In this document: in pieces, positions 48,114 to 56,408 of the stretch
How positions within the stretch are numbered: the stretch's first letter is position 1
Layout: each line of letters starts with the position of its first letter
Assembly (NCBI GenBank): GCA_964465205.1
Contig: CAYXJO010000002.1
Span: 26,350 to 90,349, forward strand
DNA from: an uncultured Gammaproteobacteria bacterium
Lineage (GTDB): Bacteria; Patescibacteriota; Patescibacteriia; Magasanikbacterales; GWA2-37-8
DNA: 64,000 nucleotides
Direction: 5' to 3'
Notes under the pieces: model-generated
Told to the model about the DNA's origin: nothing
Seen by the model: the letters and a program-made list of their open reading frames with translations, nothing else
The model's database searches: none
Made by a program: the position numbers and the translations under genes

Positions 48114-49664
48114 TTATTTTAGTTTTTCTCTTAATAGTTTTTCGGCTATTACCGGGTCAGCGCTTCCTTCTGTGGCTTTCATTACCATACCTTTTAGAAA
48201 TTGTAAGATTGGCTCTTTGCCAGCTCGAAATTGAGCTGCTTGCGCTGGATAGTTCTTAACAACTTCATCAATAACTCCTCCCAGAGCATTCTCGTCGCTC
48301 ACCATGCCATAACCTTTTTCTTCCATGATGTGAGTTGGGTCCATATCTACTCCCGATTCCAGCATCTCGATAAGAATTTTTTGGGCATTGGTAGAATTTA
48401 CTCGATTGGTAAAAACTAACGCCATCAATTCGCCAAAATTTTCCGGTTTAATTTTTAGTATTCGAATATCTATAGCGCGTTCGGCCATGGCACCCATGAG
48501 TTTGGATGTTATCCAACCACCAGCCAGTTTGGCCAATTGTGTTCTTTTGGCCGCAATAATATTATTTGCATCCGATGCTGTTTCAGGCAGATCCTCGATC
48601 CATTCATACAGATCACTCATTGCGCCCTCGGTAAATTCCACCCAATATTTATTGGCGGATAACAAGTAGGCGTCGGCATAAGAAAAACCATACTCTTCGT
48701 GTAGACGTTTTCTGGTTTGTGCTGGTAATTCGGGCAGGCTAATTTCGCCGGCGATTTTTATCGGGTTAAACGGAGGAATATCTGGCTCGGGGAAATAGCG
48801 ATAGTCGGCCGAAGTTTCTTTTTCGCGTTGCATTACTGTCTCGCCTTTGGCATCATCCCAACCACGAGTTTGTTGTTTCCAAGTTTCGCCTTTGGCGAGC
48901 ATTTCGGTCTGACGTTTGATTTCGTATTCAATCGCTTTTTCTACTGCACGGAATGAGTTGATGTTTTTGACTTCTACTTTGGGATTTAATTTATAATTTC
49001 CAGCCGGGCGAATCATGCCATTGGCGACATCGTACTTGCCTTCTTCTTGTAATGAAATATTTACCTCACAACGCATGTGGCCTTTTTCCATATCAGCATC
49101 GCTGGCTTCGAGTGCGCGAAAGATCATCTGTAATTCTTGGCAATATGCTTTGGCTTCTGCCGCACTTTGGATATCTGGTTCAGATACAATCTCGACCAGT
49201 GGCACGCCGGCGCGATTGAAATCCACCAAGGTTTCGCCAGTAGTGCCGTGCAATAATTTGGCGGTATCTTCTTCCAAATGTACACGCGTAATACCGATCG
49301 GCGCATTTTCGCGGTGATTTTTTCCGGTCAAAAATTGCAATTCAATATTGCCATGTTCGCCAATTGGCTGGTCATACTGTGAAATTTGATAGGCCTTGGG
49401 CAAATCCGGATAAAAATAATGTTTACGATCAAATTTGCTTTCGGAATTTATTTTACAACCCAAAGCCGTGGCAATTTTTACCGTCCATTCTATGGCGGTT
49501 TTATTGGGTACGGGGAGAGTGCCTGGTTGGGCCGTGCAAATAGGGCAGATGTTGGTGTTGGGCGAACCGCGATCGGGATCGTTTGGGCACGCACAAAACA
49601 TCTTGGACTTAGTTTTTAGTTCCACATGTATTTCCATGCCGACAATTGGGATTAGTTTTGACAT
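48114..49664 (-). CDS. gatB: Asp/Glu-tRNA amidotransferase subunit B
   Basis: GMEIHVEL, FDRKHYFYPDLPKAYQISQ, DYRYFPEPD. Confidence 0.98.
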   Translation of the reverse strand: MSKLIPIVGMEIHVELKTKSKMFCACPNDPDRGSPNTNICPICTAQPGTLPVPNKTAIEWTVKIATALGCKINSESKFDRKHYFYPDLPKAYQISQYDQPIGEHGNIELQFLTGKNHRENAPIGITRVHLEEDTAKLLHGTTGETLVDFNRAGVPLVEIVSEPDIQSAAEAKAYCQELQMIFRALEASDADMEKGHMRCEVNISLQEEGKYDVANGMIRPAGNYKLNPKVEVKNINSFRAVEKAIEYEIKRQTEMLAKGETWKQQTRGWDDAKGETVMQREKETSADYRYFPEPDIPPFNPIKIAGEISLPELPAQTRKRLHEEYGFSYADAYLLSANKYWVEFTEGAMSDLYEWIEDLPETASDANNIIAAKRTQLAKLAGGWITSKLMGAMAERAIDIRILKIKPENFGELMALVFTNRVNSTNAQKILIEMLESGVDMDPTHIMEEKGYGMVSDENALGGVIDEVVKNYPAQAAQFRAGKEPILQFLKGMVMKATEGSADPVIAEKLLREKLK

Positions 49665-49754
49665 ATTGACAAAATAGTATCTTTACAGTAGTTTTAATAT
49701 TATAAGATGTTGGTTTAAACAGAAACAGGAGTACTTCACAACGAGGAGGTGATT

Positions 49755-50024
49755 ATGGTGGAGTCAAATCAGGATGTGTTTGAATTGCCCAGCGAGAACC
49801 AATGGGCATATAAAATTGCAATTTGGGCGGGACAGAATATTGTGACTCGTGTCATCATAGTCCCAATTTTGGTCATATTGGCCATCTACAACTATGGGCT
49901 ACCCATCATTTTCTTGGTCGAATCGATCCAAGAGCAGCGGTGGGGCAAGGCCTTAGCTTGGTTTGTGACCAACATTGTTCTTTACGGTATTCCGATGTGG
50001 GCGTTCTTTCATTATGTGTTGTGA
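49755..50024 (+). CDS. Hypothetical membrane protein inserted antisense between gatA and gatB
   Basis: TTGACA promoter at 49666; SD GAGGAGG; two hydrophobic segments. Confidence 0.65.
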   Translation: MVESNQDVFELPSENQWAYKIAIWAGQNIVTRVIIVPILVILAIYNYGLPIIFLVESIQEQRWGKALAWFVTNIVLYGIPMWAFFHYVL

Positions 50025-50088
50025 ATGCTCATTTACGGAAACAGCCGGACAAATCATTTGCCCCTTGGTAACTCTTGGGGCGTTTTTA

Positions 50089-51510
50089 TTAAATCTGACT
50101 CGCTAAATTCAAAACTTCACTTTCGTGTAATCGCGGCCCGATAATCTGTGCGCCCACCGGCAATCCCGCGGCAGTCATCCCGGCCGGAATCGATATTGCC
50201 GGCAATCCCGCCACAGCAGCTGGGGATACAAATACATCCGCCAGGTACATGGCCAATACGTCATCCTTTTTTTCGCCAACTCCAAATGCTGGGAATGGTG
50301 ATGTTGGCGTGATCAACAAATCCACTTCTTTAAATATTTTTTCAAAATCACGAATAATTAAGGTGCGCACTTTTTGGGCTTTGCGGTAGTAGGCATCATA
50401 ATATCCGGCAGAGAGCGCGTAAGTGCCCACCATAATGCGACGCTTTACTTCTTCGGGGAACCCAGCCGCGCGGGATTTGGCATAAATATCGTATAAATTG
50501 TCGGCCTGTGCACGCACTCCATAGCGTATGCCATCAAGACGGCCCATATTGGAACTATCTTCGCTGGGCACCACAATGTAATACACTGGTATGGCGTATT
50601 TGGTATAGGGGAGTGAAACAGGAACAATTTTATGGCCGGCAGTTTTTAGAGCATTTATTTTTTCTTCTACAATTTTTTTTGTTTCCGCGTCCATGCCGTC
50701 TAGTTCAAAATATTCTTGGGGCACACCAACAGTAAATTTTTTCTTTTTGGAAATTTGTTTGGTGTAATCCGGCACTTCATCTGGTACAGTGGTGGCATCG
50801 TGTGCGTCTATTCCGGCCATAACCGAAAGTACCAGTGCACAATCGGCCACAGTTTTGGTGATTGGTCCAACTGTATCGAGTGATGATGCCATCGGCATGA
50901 TGCCGTAGCGTGAATTGCGTCCGTATGAGGGGCGTAGCCCGACCGCACCGCAAAAAGCGGCTGGTTGGCGAATGGAACCGCCAGTATCTTCGGCGATTGA
51001 AAACAAACACATGTGTGCCGCTACCGACGCTGCCGATCCACCAGATGACCCGCCAGCTACTTTGGATTCATCGTGGGGATTGCGCACGGGGCCATACATG
51101 CTGTTCTCATTGCTGGCACCATGACCAAATGCGTCGCAGTTGGTTTTGCCAATCAAAACTCCACCGGCAGCACGGATTTTACCGATCACCGTGGCCTCGT
51201 ATGGTGCAATATAATTATCCAAAATTTTGGCTGATGCGGTAGAGCGAATATCTACCGTGCAGATTGCGTCTTTTACCGAAAAGGGGATGCCGGTGAGCGG
51301 TCCGCCTTTACCGGCGGCAATAATGGTATCGGCTTCGGCCGCTTCGGCCAGTGCAGTTTCTTCGCATACAGTAATAAACGCATTGATCGTTTTGTTTTTT
51401 TCTTTTATCACATCCAAACAAGCGCGCGTCAAATCAACGGCTGTAAATTGTTTGTTTTTCAACCCTTCGGCCGCTTCAGCAATTGTGAATTCGTTTAATT
51501 TTTTGTCCAT
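50089..51510 (-). CDS. gatA: Asp/Glu-tRNA amidotransferase subunit A
   Basis: GGSSGGSAA, DTGGSIRQPA, EVKRRIMVGTY. Confidence 0.98.
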   Translation of the reverse strand: MDKKLNEFTIAEAAEGLKNKQFTAVDLTRACLDVIKEKNKTINAFITVCEETALAEAAEADTIIAAGKGGPLTGIPFSVKDAICTVDIRSTASAKILDNYIAPYEATVIGKIRAAGGVLIGKTNCDAFGHGASNENSMYGPVRNPHDESKVAGGSSGGSAASVAAHMCLFSIAEDTGGSIRQPAAFCGAVGLRPSYGRNSRYGIMPMASSLDTVGPITKTVADCALVLSVMAGIDAHDATTVPDEVPDYTKQISKKKKFTVGVPQEYFELDGMDAETKKIVEEKINALKTAGHKIVPVSLPYTKYAIPVYYIVVPSEDSSNMGRLDGIRYGVRAQADNLYDIYAKSRAAGFPEEVKRRIMVGTYALSAGYYDAYYRKAQKVRTLIIRDFEKIFKEVDLLITPTSPFPAFGVGEKKDDVLAMYLADVFVSPAAVAGLPAISIPAGMTAAGLPVGAQIIGPRLHESEVLNLASQI

Positions 51511-51511
51511 A

Positions 51512-51805
51512 TTATTCAAAAACAGCTTTTACTTTCAAAATTTTGTCTAATTTTTCCGGGAAGGCGACGATAATTTTCGCGCGCATTTCTGGCGAGCAAG
51601 GTTCGGCCACATCCGCGCGTACCACATTTTCGAGTCCAGTTACTTGGCAAGTTTCTGGCACACCCTCGGTGTCCACTTCGTTTAGCTGTTCAATATAATC
51701 CAAAACAGCCGTTAGTTGCTCGGCATACATCCCTTTGTCTTTTTCCGACAATTCCAATCGGGCCAATTTGGCGATTTCTTCAATTTTTTGGGGGGTTAAC
51801 TTCAT
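51512..51805 (-). CDS. gatC: Asp/Glu-tRNA amidotransferase subunit C
   Basis: IAKLARLEL, LNEVDTEGV; directly upstream of gatA. Confidence 0.95.
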   Translation of the reverse strand: MKLTPQKIEEIAKLARLELSEKDKGMYAEQLTAVLDYIEQLNEVDTEGVPETCQVTGLENVVRADVAEPCSPEMRAKIIVAFPEKLDKILKVKAVFE

Positions 51806-51838
51806 ATTTAATTTAGCAGCTGTATTATATCGAAATGC

Positions 51839-52504
51839 CTATTTTTGCGCAAGTTTTAGACGATTTAGGAAGCTGCGACCCACCGTTATACCAACTACAG
51901 TACCTACGATTGCTCCGGCTACAAAATCCGAAAACCAGTGGATGTTGGTGGATATTCCAGTACCAATATATAGTGCGTATAGCGGAGCCAAAAATCTAAT
52001 TATTTTATTTTTGGGGTATAGTGTTAATAAAGCGATCGCCATGGCGAACGCCACAGTAGTGTGCGATGATGGCCAGCCCCAAAATATTCCGCCACGCATG
52101 AAACCAAATTGAAATACATGGCTAATGTCGGTAGTGCCGCCGATTTGGTGAAAAGGTGGCGGTACCCGGCCGGTGAAAGTTTTATAAAATGCCGACACAA
52201 ACCATCCTAGTGCCGCTGCTTGCCCCAAAGCGTAAGCGGTGTTTTTGATTTGTAAATTTTTTAAAAGTTTGCCAAAAATTAACACGATAAACGGTGTGAG
52301 TATTGGTAATAATCCACCCACTATCGCCGCTGGGAAAAGTATGGCTTGCAACGTGTTCGATCGGGTGTGGGTAAAATAAAACCAATCAAATCCACTAACT
52401 ACAATGGTATAAGTGATAATAATGGTTAAAATATGCCAAAAAAATATTTTGCCACGGAAACAACGGATTAAATTTTTTGGTAGTTCAAAGAAAAATCCTG
52501 ACAT
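51839..52504 (-). CDS. PAP2 family membrane phosphatase
   Basis: KTFTGRVP, PSSH, HWFSD motifs. Confidence 0.9.
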   Translation of the reverse strand: MSGFFFELPKNLIRCFRGKIFFWHILTIIITYTIVVSGFDWFYFTHTRSNTLQAILFPAAIVGGLLPILTPFIVLIFGKLLKNLQIKNTAYALGQAAALGWFVSAFYKTFTGRVPPPFHQIGGTTDISHVFQFGFMRGGIFWGWPSSHTTVAFAMAIALLTLYPKNKIIRFLAPLYALYIGTGISTNIHWFSDFVAGAIVGTVVGITVGRSFLNRLKLAQK

Positions 52505-52513
52505 AACTAACAA

Positions 52514-52554
52514 TTTTATCCAAACCCCGGTTTTGTGCCGGGGTTTGGATAAAA
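52514..52554. terminator. Intrinsic terminator
   Basis: ttttatccaaaccccgg/ccggggtttggataaaa perfect inverted repeat. Confidence 0.8.
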
Positions 52555-52563
52555 CATTATATA

Positions 52564-53112
52564 TTATAATTGTGGTTGTTCAGCGTCCATTTGGCTGGAT
52601 GTTGGAGGTTGGTTTTGGCCTGGCGCCGGCGGCATTGGCTTCGGTGGTTTTTGCGCTCGAACTTCCTCTCGTTGTTTTTTTAGTTCTTCTTTTTTCAGCT
52701 TCAACGCTTCTTGTTTTTGTTTTAGAAATTCCTGTTTCTTTTTCAGCTGTTCTTTGTAAGTTGACAATAAATTTGCTTTAGTGGTTTTGGTGATTTTACG
52801 TATCGCATCCATTTTGGCCTTATATTCATCGCGAATGGCTTTGATTTTTTCGTTCATTTCTTTAATCAAAGCATTAATTTGTTTTTGGTTTTCTTTATTG
52901 ATGATGTTTAGTTCTTTGTTGTAATTCAAAACCGTTCCGGGTGGCGTCGGAGTGGGCGAGGTCATGATTGTTGGGGTGGGTGTTTCGCTGTTTAGTAAAG
53001 TAGGCTCTGTCACAGTGGTCGTGGTAGAATCTTCTTCTTGAGCCTGCGCCGTCACCACGCCGACTGTTAACGCTCCAACCAATATTAATATTGATAAATA
53101 GTATTTCTTCAT
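52564..53112 (-). CDS. Exported coiled-coil protein
   Basis: Signal peptide (AQA); Thr/Pro linker; Lys/Glu-rich helix. Confidence 0.75.
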   Translation of the reverse strand: MKKYYLSILILVGALTVGVVTAQAQEEDSTTTTVTEPTLLNSETPTPTIMTSPTPTPPGTVLNYNKELNIINKENQKQINALIKEMNEKIKAIRDEYKAKMDAIRKITKTTKANLLSTYKEQLKKKQEFLKQKQEALKLKKEELKKQREEVRAQKPPKPMPPAPGQNQPPTSSQMDAEQPQL

Positions 53113-53212
53113 ATTTTTAATGTTTAATTTGATATTTTTTTCGACATTTAATCACTGTTTAGGATGACGGTATTTTAGCATACTTTGCCAAAATTATAAA
53201 TTATCAAATTTT

Positions 53213-53362
53213 GCTCCGGGGGCAGGGGTCGAACCGACGACTAATTGGTCATACTTATCCAAAGTTTTTGATAAGAGGTGGGTTATATCATTTCCCGAAT
53301 TGATTAGGAGCAGGGTGTTTCGGTTGATATTTTTTCAACCTATTCTCTGTTGAGGTGGTCTT
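53213..53362 (-). pseudogene. 3' half of a foreign tRNA preceded by the decayed 3' part of a group I intron
   Basis: Minus strand: CAGAGAATA (R-like), hairpin, P8-like stem, ATGATATAACC (S-like), P9 cttatc/gataag, then ACCAATTAGTCGTCGGTTCGA plus acceptor strand. Confidence 0.6.
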
Positions 53363-53458
53363 CATATTTTATATTCTCAGAAAATTAAATTGGAAAGAAT
53401 TTATTTTATATGGCATAATTAATACGATAAAAAGATTATTGCAAAATTAGATATTAGT

Positions 53459-54436
53459 ATGAGAACACATATTAAAAAAGTAGTTATATTACCCGGTGAT
53501 GGCATAGGGCAAGAAGTGGTTCCGATAGCTGTCCGTGCGTTAGAAATAATCATAAGAGAAAAAGAGCTGCCAATTGAACTACAGTGGGGTGAAGTCGGAG
53601 AGATTGCCTACCAACACACAGGTCAATATTTTCCTGAATTATCGAAAAAAATATGTGATACTGCTGACGCAATTCTTTTTGGAGCTGTAACTAATAAACC
53701 TCTTTTAGAATTGAGGAAAAGGTATGGTTTGTTTGCAAATATTAGACCTGTTGTGGGAAACAAAGTCGATTTGGTAATTTTTAGAGAACTTACTGGGGGG
53801 ATTTATTTTGGTAAATGTGGAACTAAAACAGTTAGAGGAGTTAAAAAAGGATATCACACAATGGAATATAGCTTACAAGAAATTAAACGAATTGCTAGGT
53901 TGAGTTTTCAATATGCGACTGAGCATAACAAAAAATTAAGTTCATTAGATAAAGATAATGCTTTGCCCTTTTTAAAATGGAGAAAAACAGTAACTCAAGT
54001 TGCCCGGGAGTTTCCCAAAGTAAAATATCAGCATATGTATATAGATAATGCTTTGGCACAGGTGTATAGGGACCCAAAACAATTTCAAGTTGTATTATGT
54101 TCTAATCTTTTTGGTGATCTTTTTAGTGATTTAGCCGCCGAAATTTCTGGGGGATTAAGCACCGCTGCGTCTATTAGTTTGAATGATAAAGGGTTTATAC
54201 TTTGTGAGCCGGTTCATGGTACGGCCCCAGACATAGTTGGTAAGAATATTGCAGATCCCACGGGTGCTTTACGTTCAGTCCAGTTAATGTTAAGTTATTT
54301 CGGATATAAAAATGAAGGACAAATTTTGGAGAAGGCAATCAGCATCACTTTAAGGCAAATTGATAAAAAAATACAGAAATTTTTGACGAAAGATTATGAA
54401 AATAAATTGGTATCTAATATTAAAAAAATAATATGA
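53459..54436 (+). CDS. Isopropylmalate/isocitrate dehydrogenase family (LeuB-like)
   Basis: PGDGIGQEV, LRK..LFANIRP, FRELTGGIYFG, NLFGDLFSD, EPVHGTAPDI. Confidence 0.9.
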   Translation: MRTHIKKVVILPGDGIGQEVVPIAVRALEIIIREKELPIELQWGEVGEIAYQHTGQYFPELSKKICDTADAILFGAVTNKPLLELRKRYGLFANIRPVVGNKVDLVIFRELTGGIYFGKCGTKTVRGVKKGYHTMEYSLQEIKRIARLSFQYATEHNKKLSSLDKDNALPFLKWRKTVTQVAREFPKVKYQHMYIDNALAQVYRDPKQFQVVLCSNLFGDLFSDLAAEISGGLSTAASISLNDKGFILCEPVHGTAPDIVGKNIADPTGALRSVQLMLSYFGYKNEGQILEKAISITLRQIDKKIQKFLTKDYENKLVSNIKKII

Positions 54437-56112
54437 AGTTAACAATGATATTAAAAGATAATATTAATACCGATGACATAATTCCTGCGAAATTTTGTTC
54501 TTCTTATGATCCTAATGAGTTAAAAAAACATGTTTTTGAGTATTTATTAAAGAAAAGTGATTTGAAGGGCGTGAAAATTATTCGTGCTGGTGAGAATTTT
54601 GGCTGCGGCAGCAGTAGGGAACATGCAGCGATAGCTCTTAAAGCATTCGGGATAAAAAAGATTATTGCAAAATCATTTTCTGATATTTTCTACAGAAATG
54701 CAATAAATATCGGACTGGAAGTAAGGCAAATATTTGAGAAGAAGACTCCTCTGCTAATTAATAAAATAATTAAAGCCGGAGGATTGTCTAATTTCAACAA
54801 AAAAGAAAATGAATTTTTTAAAAAGGAGAAAAAACAAACCAGAAAAAGGACGATTGTTGAAAAAATTATTCTAAATGCTTGTGGCGGAAAAGGTGTTAAA
54901 GCCGGACAAGTTGTCTTTGCTAGACCGGGTTTGGTTATGAGTCATGATGCTGTTGCTCCAAATGCAATTGATTTGTTTTATGAGCTCTATGGGCGGGGTG
55001 CTAAGATAAAATATCCTGGCAGATTTGTTTTTGTGGGCGATCATTTTATCCAAGCGAACGACATCCGGAGAGATCCAGGCCCTATTAGGCTGTACCAGAA
55101 GATGGTTGGCTTTGCTAAGCAACAGAACATTAAAGTTTACAAAAAAGTAAAAAACAATGAAGCGACTGGAATTTGTCATATTCTTTTGCCAGAGAAAGGG
55201 CACATCTTGCCAGGGCAATTTGTGGTGGGGACGGATAGTCACTCCTCGACTTATGGTGCATTAGGTGTCTTTTCTAGAGCGATAGGCACTACTGATTTGG
55301 TAAACCTTCTCAAAACAGGAGAAGTGTGGCTGGAAGTTCCCGAAACGATAAAAATAACAATTAACGGAAAATTAAAAAAAGGAGTTACAGCAAAAGATGT
55401 AATATTATTTGTGATTAAAGACTTGGGAAAAAACGCACAGGGCAAGGTGCTTGAATTCTATGGGGATGTAATTAAGGATTTAGATATTGACGAAAGATTT
55501 GTGTTGGCGAACATGTCTATTGAAGCGGGCGCGATGTGTGGAATTGTGCCTGTTGATAAAAAGACAATTGAATATTTGAAGAAAAAAACAAAAAAGAAAT
55601 TTGTTAAAGTTTTTGCTGACAAAGAAGCAAAATATATTTTTGAAAAAAAATACAATTTATCTTCATTGAGTCAGCAAGTTGCAAAGCCGTATTCTCCTGT
55701 AAATACAGTAACTAGGGATAGCTTGAAAAAGATAAAAATTAATAATGCATATATAGGTAGTTGCACAGGTGGCAAGTTGAACGACTTGAGAATGGCCGCT
55801 GAAGCACTAAAAGACAAAAAGATCAACGCCGAAGTAAAATTATATGTTGTTCCTGCGACCCAAGAAATAAAAAAACAAGCAGCCTTTTTAGGATATCTGG
55901 ATATTTTTAAGAAGGCCGGTGCAGTAATCTTGCCATCAGGGTGTGGTGCTTGCATTAATGCTGGTAGAGGAGTTTTGCAAAATAATGAAATCGGTATTTT
56001 TGCCACAAATCGTAATTTTATCGGTAGAAATGGACATCCTGATTCAAAAGTATATTTAGCCTCTCCCGTTGTGGTGGCAGAATCAGCAATCAGCGGATAT
56101 ATAGGAAATTAG
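54433..56112 (+). CDS. Fused aconitase-family dehydratase: N-terminal LeuD/HacB-like plus C-terminal LeuC/HacA-like
   Basis: NTDDIIP and NFGCGSSREHA first; then DH, GTDSHS, IGSCTGG, SGCGAC, TNRNFIGR. Confidence 0.9.
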   Translation: MKLTMILKDNINTDDIIPAKFCSSYDPNELKKHVFEYLLKKSDLKGVKIIRAGENFGCGSSREHAAIALKAFGIKKIIAKSFSDIFYRNAINIGLEVRQIFEKKTPLLINKIIKAGGLSNFNKKENEFFKKEKKQTRKRTIVEKIILNACGGKGVKAGQVVFARPGLVMSHDAVAPNAIDLFYELYGRGAKIKYPGRFVFVGDHFIQANDIRRDPGPIRLYQKMVGFAKQQNIKVYKKVKNNEATGICHILLPEKGHILPGQFVVGTDSHSSTYGALGVFSRAIGTTDLVNLLKTGEVWLEVPETIKITINGKLKKGVTAKDVILFVIKDLGKNAQGKVLEFYGDVIKDLDIDERFVLANMSIEAGAMCGIVPVDKKTIEYLKKKTKKKFVKVFADKEAKYIFEKKYNLSSLSQQVAKPYSPVNTVTRDSLKKIKINNAYIGSCTGGKLNDLRMAAEALKDKKINAEVKLYVVPATQEIKKQAAFLGYLDIFKKAGAVILPSGCGACINAGRGVLQNNEIGIFATNRNFIGRNGHPDSKVYLASPVVVAESAISGYIGN

Positions 56113-56171
56113 ATAATCAAAAAAGCAAAAAACAGTGCAATTTATTATTTATCACATTGTGTTTATTTTTG

Positions 56172-56243
56172 CTCCGGGGGCAGGGGTCGAACCTGCGATA
56201 TCCACGTTAACAGCGTGGCGTTGTACCACTCAACTACCCCGGA
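56172..56243 (-). tRNA. tRNA-Asn(GTT), intronless, CCA not fully encoded
   Basis: TCCGGGG acceptor; GTTG/CAAC D-stem; CCACG-CTGTTAA-CGTGG anticodon arm; GCAGG-TTCGACC-CCTGC T-arm. Confidence 0.97.
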
Positions 56244-56255
56244 ATGAATCGGTCT

Positions 56256-56287
56256 AATTAAAAGACCCTCCATCGTGGGAGGGTCTT
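56256..56287 (-). terminator. Attenuator terminator just 5' of tRNA-Asn
   Basis: AAGACCCUCC-cacgau-GGAGGGUCUUUUAAUU. Confidence 0.8.
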
Positions 56288-56309
56288 GTTATCTTTATTT
56301 TAACAAAAC

Positions 56310-56366
56310 TTACCCACGTACTAGAGGGTTGTTATTATTGTTATTTTGGACGGAAAGTTTTGTCAT
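56310..56366 (-). CDS. Asn-rich leader peptide MTKLSVQNNNNNNPLVRG (not in the ORF track)
   Basis: ATG at the predicted transcription start; AAT AAC AAT AAT AAC AAC run; 3' end complementary to the terminator. Confidence 0.8.
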   Translation of the reverse strand: MTKLSVQNNNNNNPLVRG

Positions 56367-56374
56367 ATATTTTT

Positions 56375-56403
56375 ATGCTATCACTTGTGTCAAAGACTGT
56401 CAA
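56375..56403 (-). promoter_or_regulatory. Sigma70 promoter TTGACA-17-TAGCAT for leader peptide and tRNA-Asn
   Basis: Consensus -35, 17-nt spacer, TG-extended -10. Confidence 0.75.
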
Positions 56404-56408
56404 GTTTT

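Larger units (their letters stand above)
53209..56193. mobile_element. About 3-kb islet integrated at the tRNA-Asn 3' end, no integrase
   Basis: 27-bp direct repeat ttttgctccgggggcaggggtcgaacc at 53209-53235 and 56167-56193; visibly AT-richer cargo on the opposite strand. Confidence 0.85.

Noticed and set aside
53213-53250. Second functional tRNA
   Set aside because: Only a 3' half is present, the T-stem is mispaired, and no 5' exon was found.
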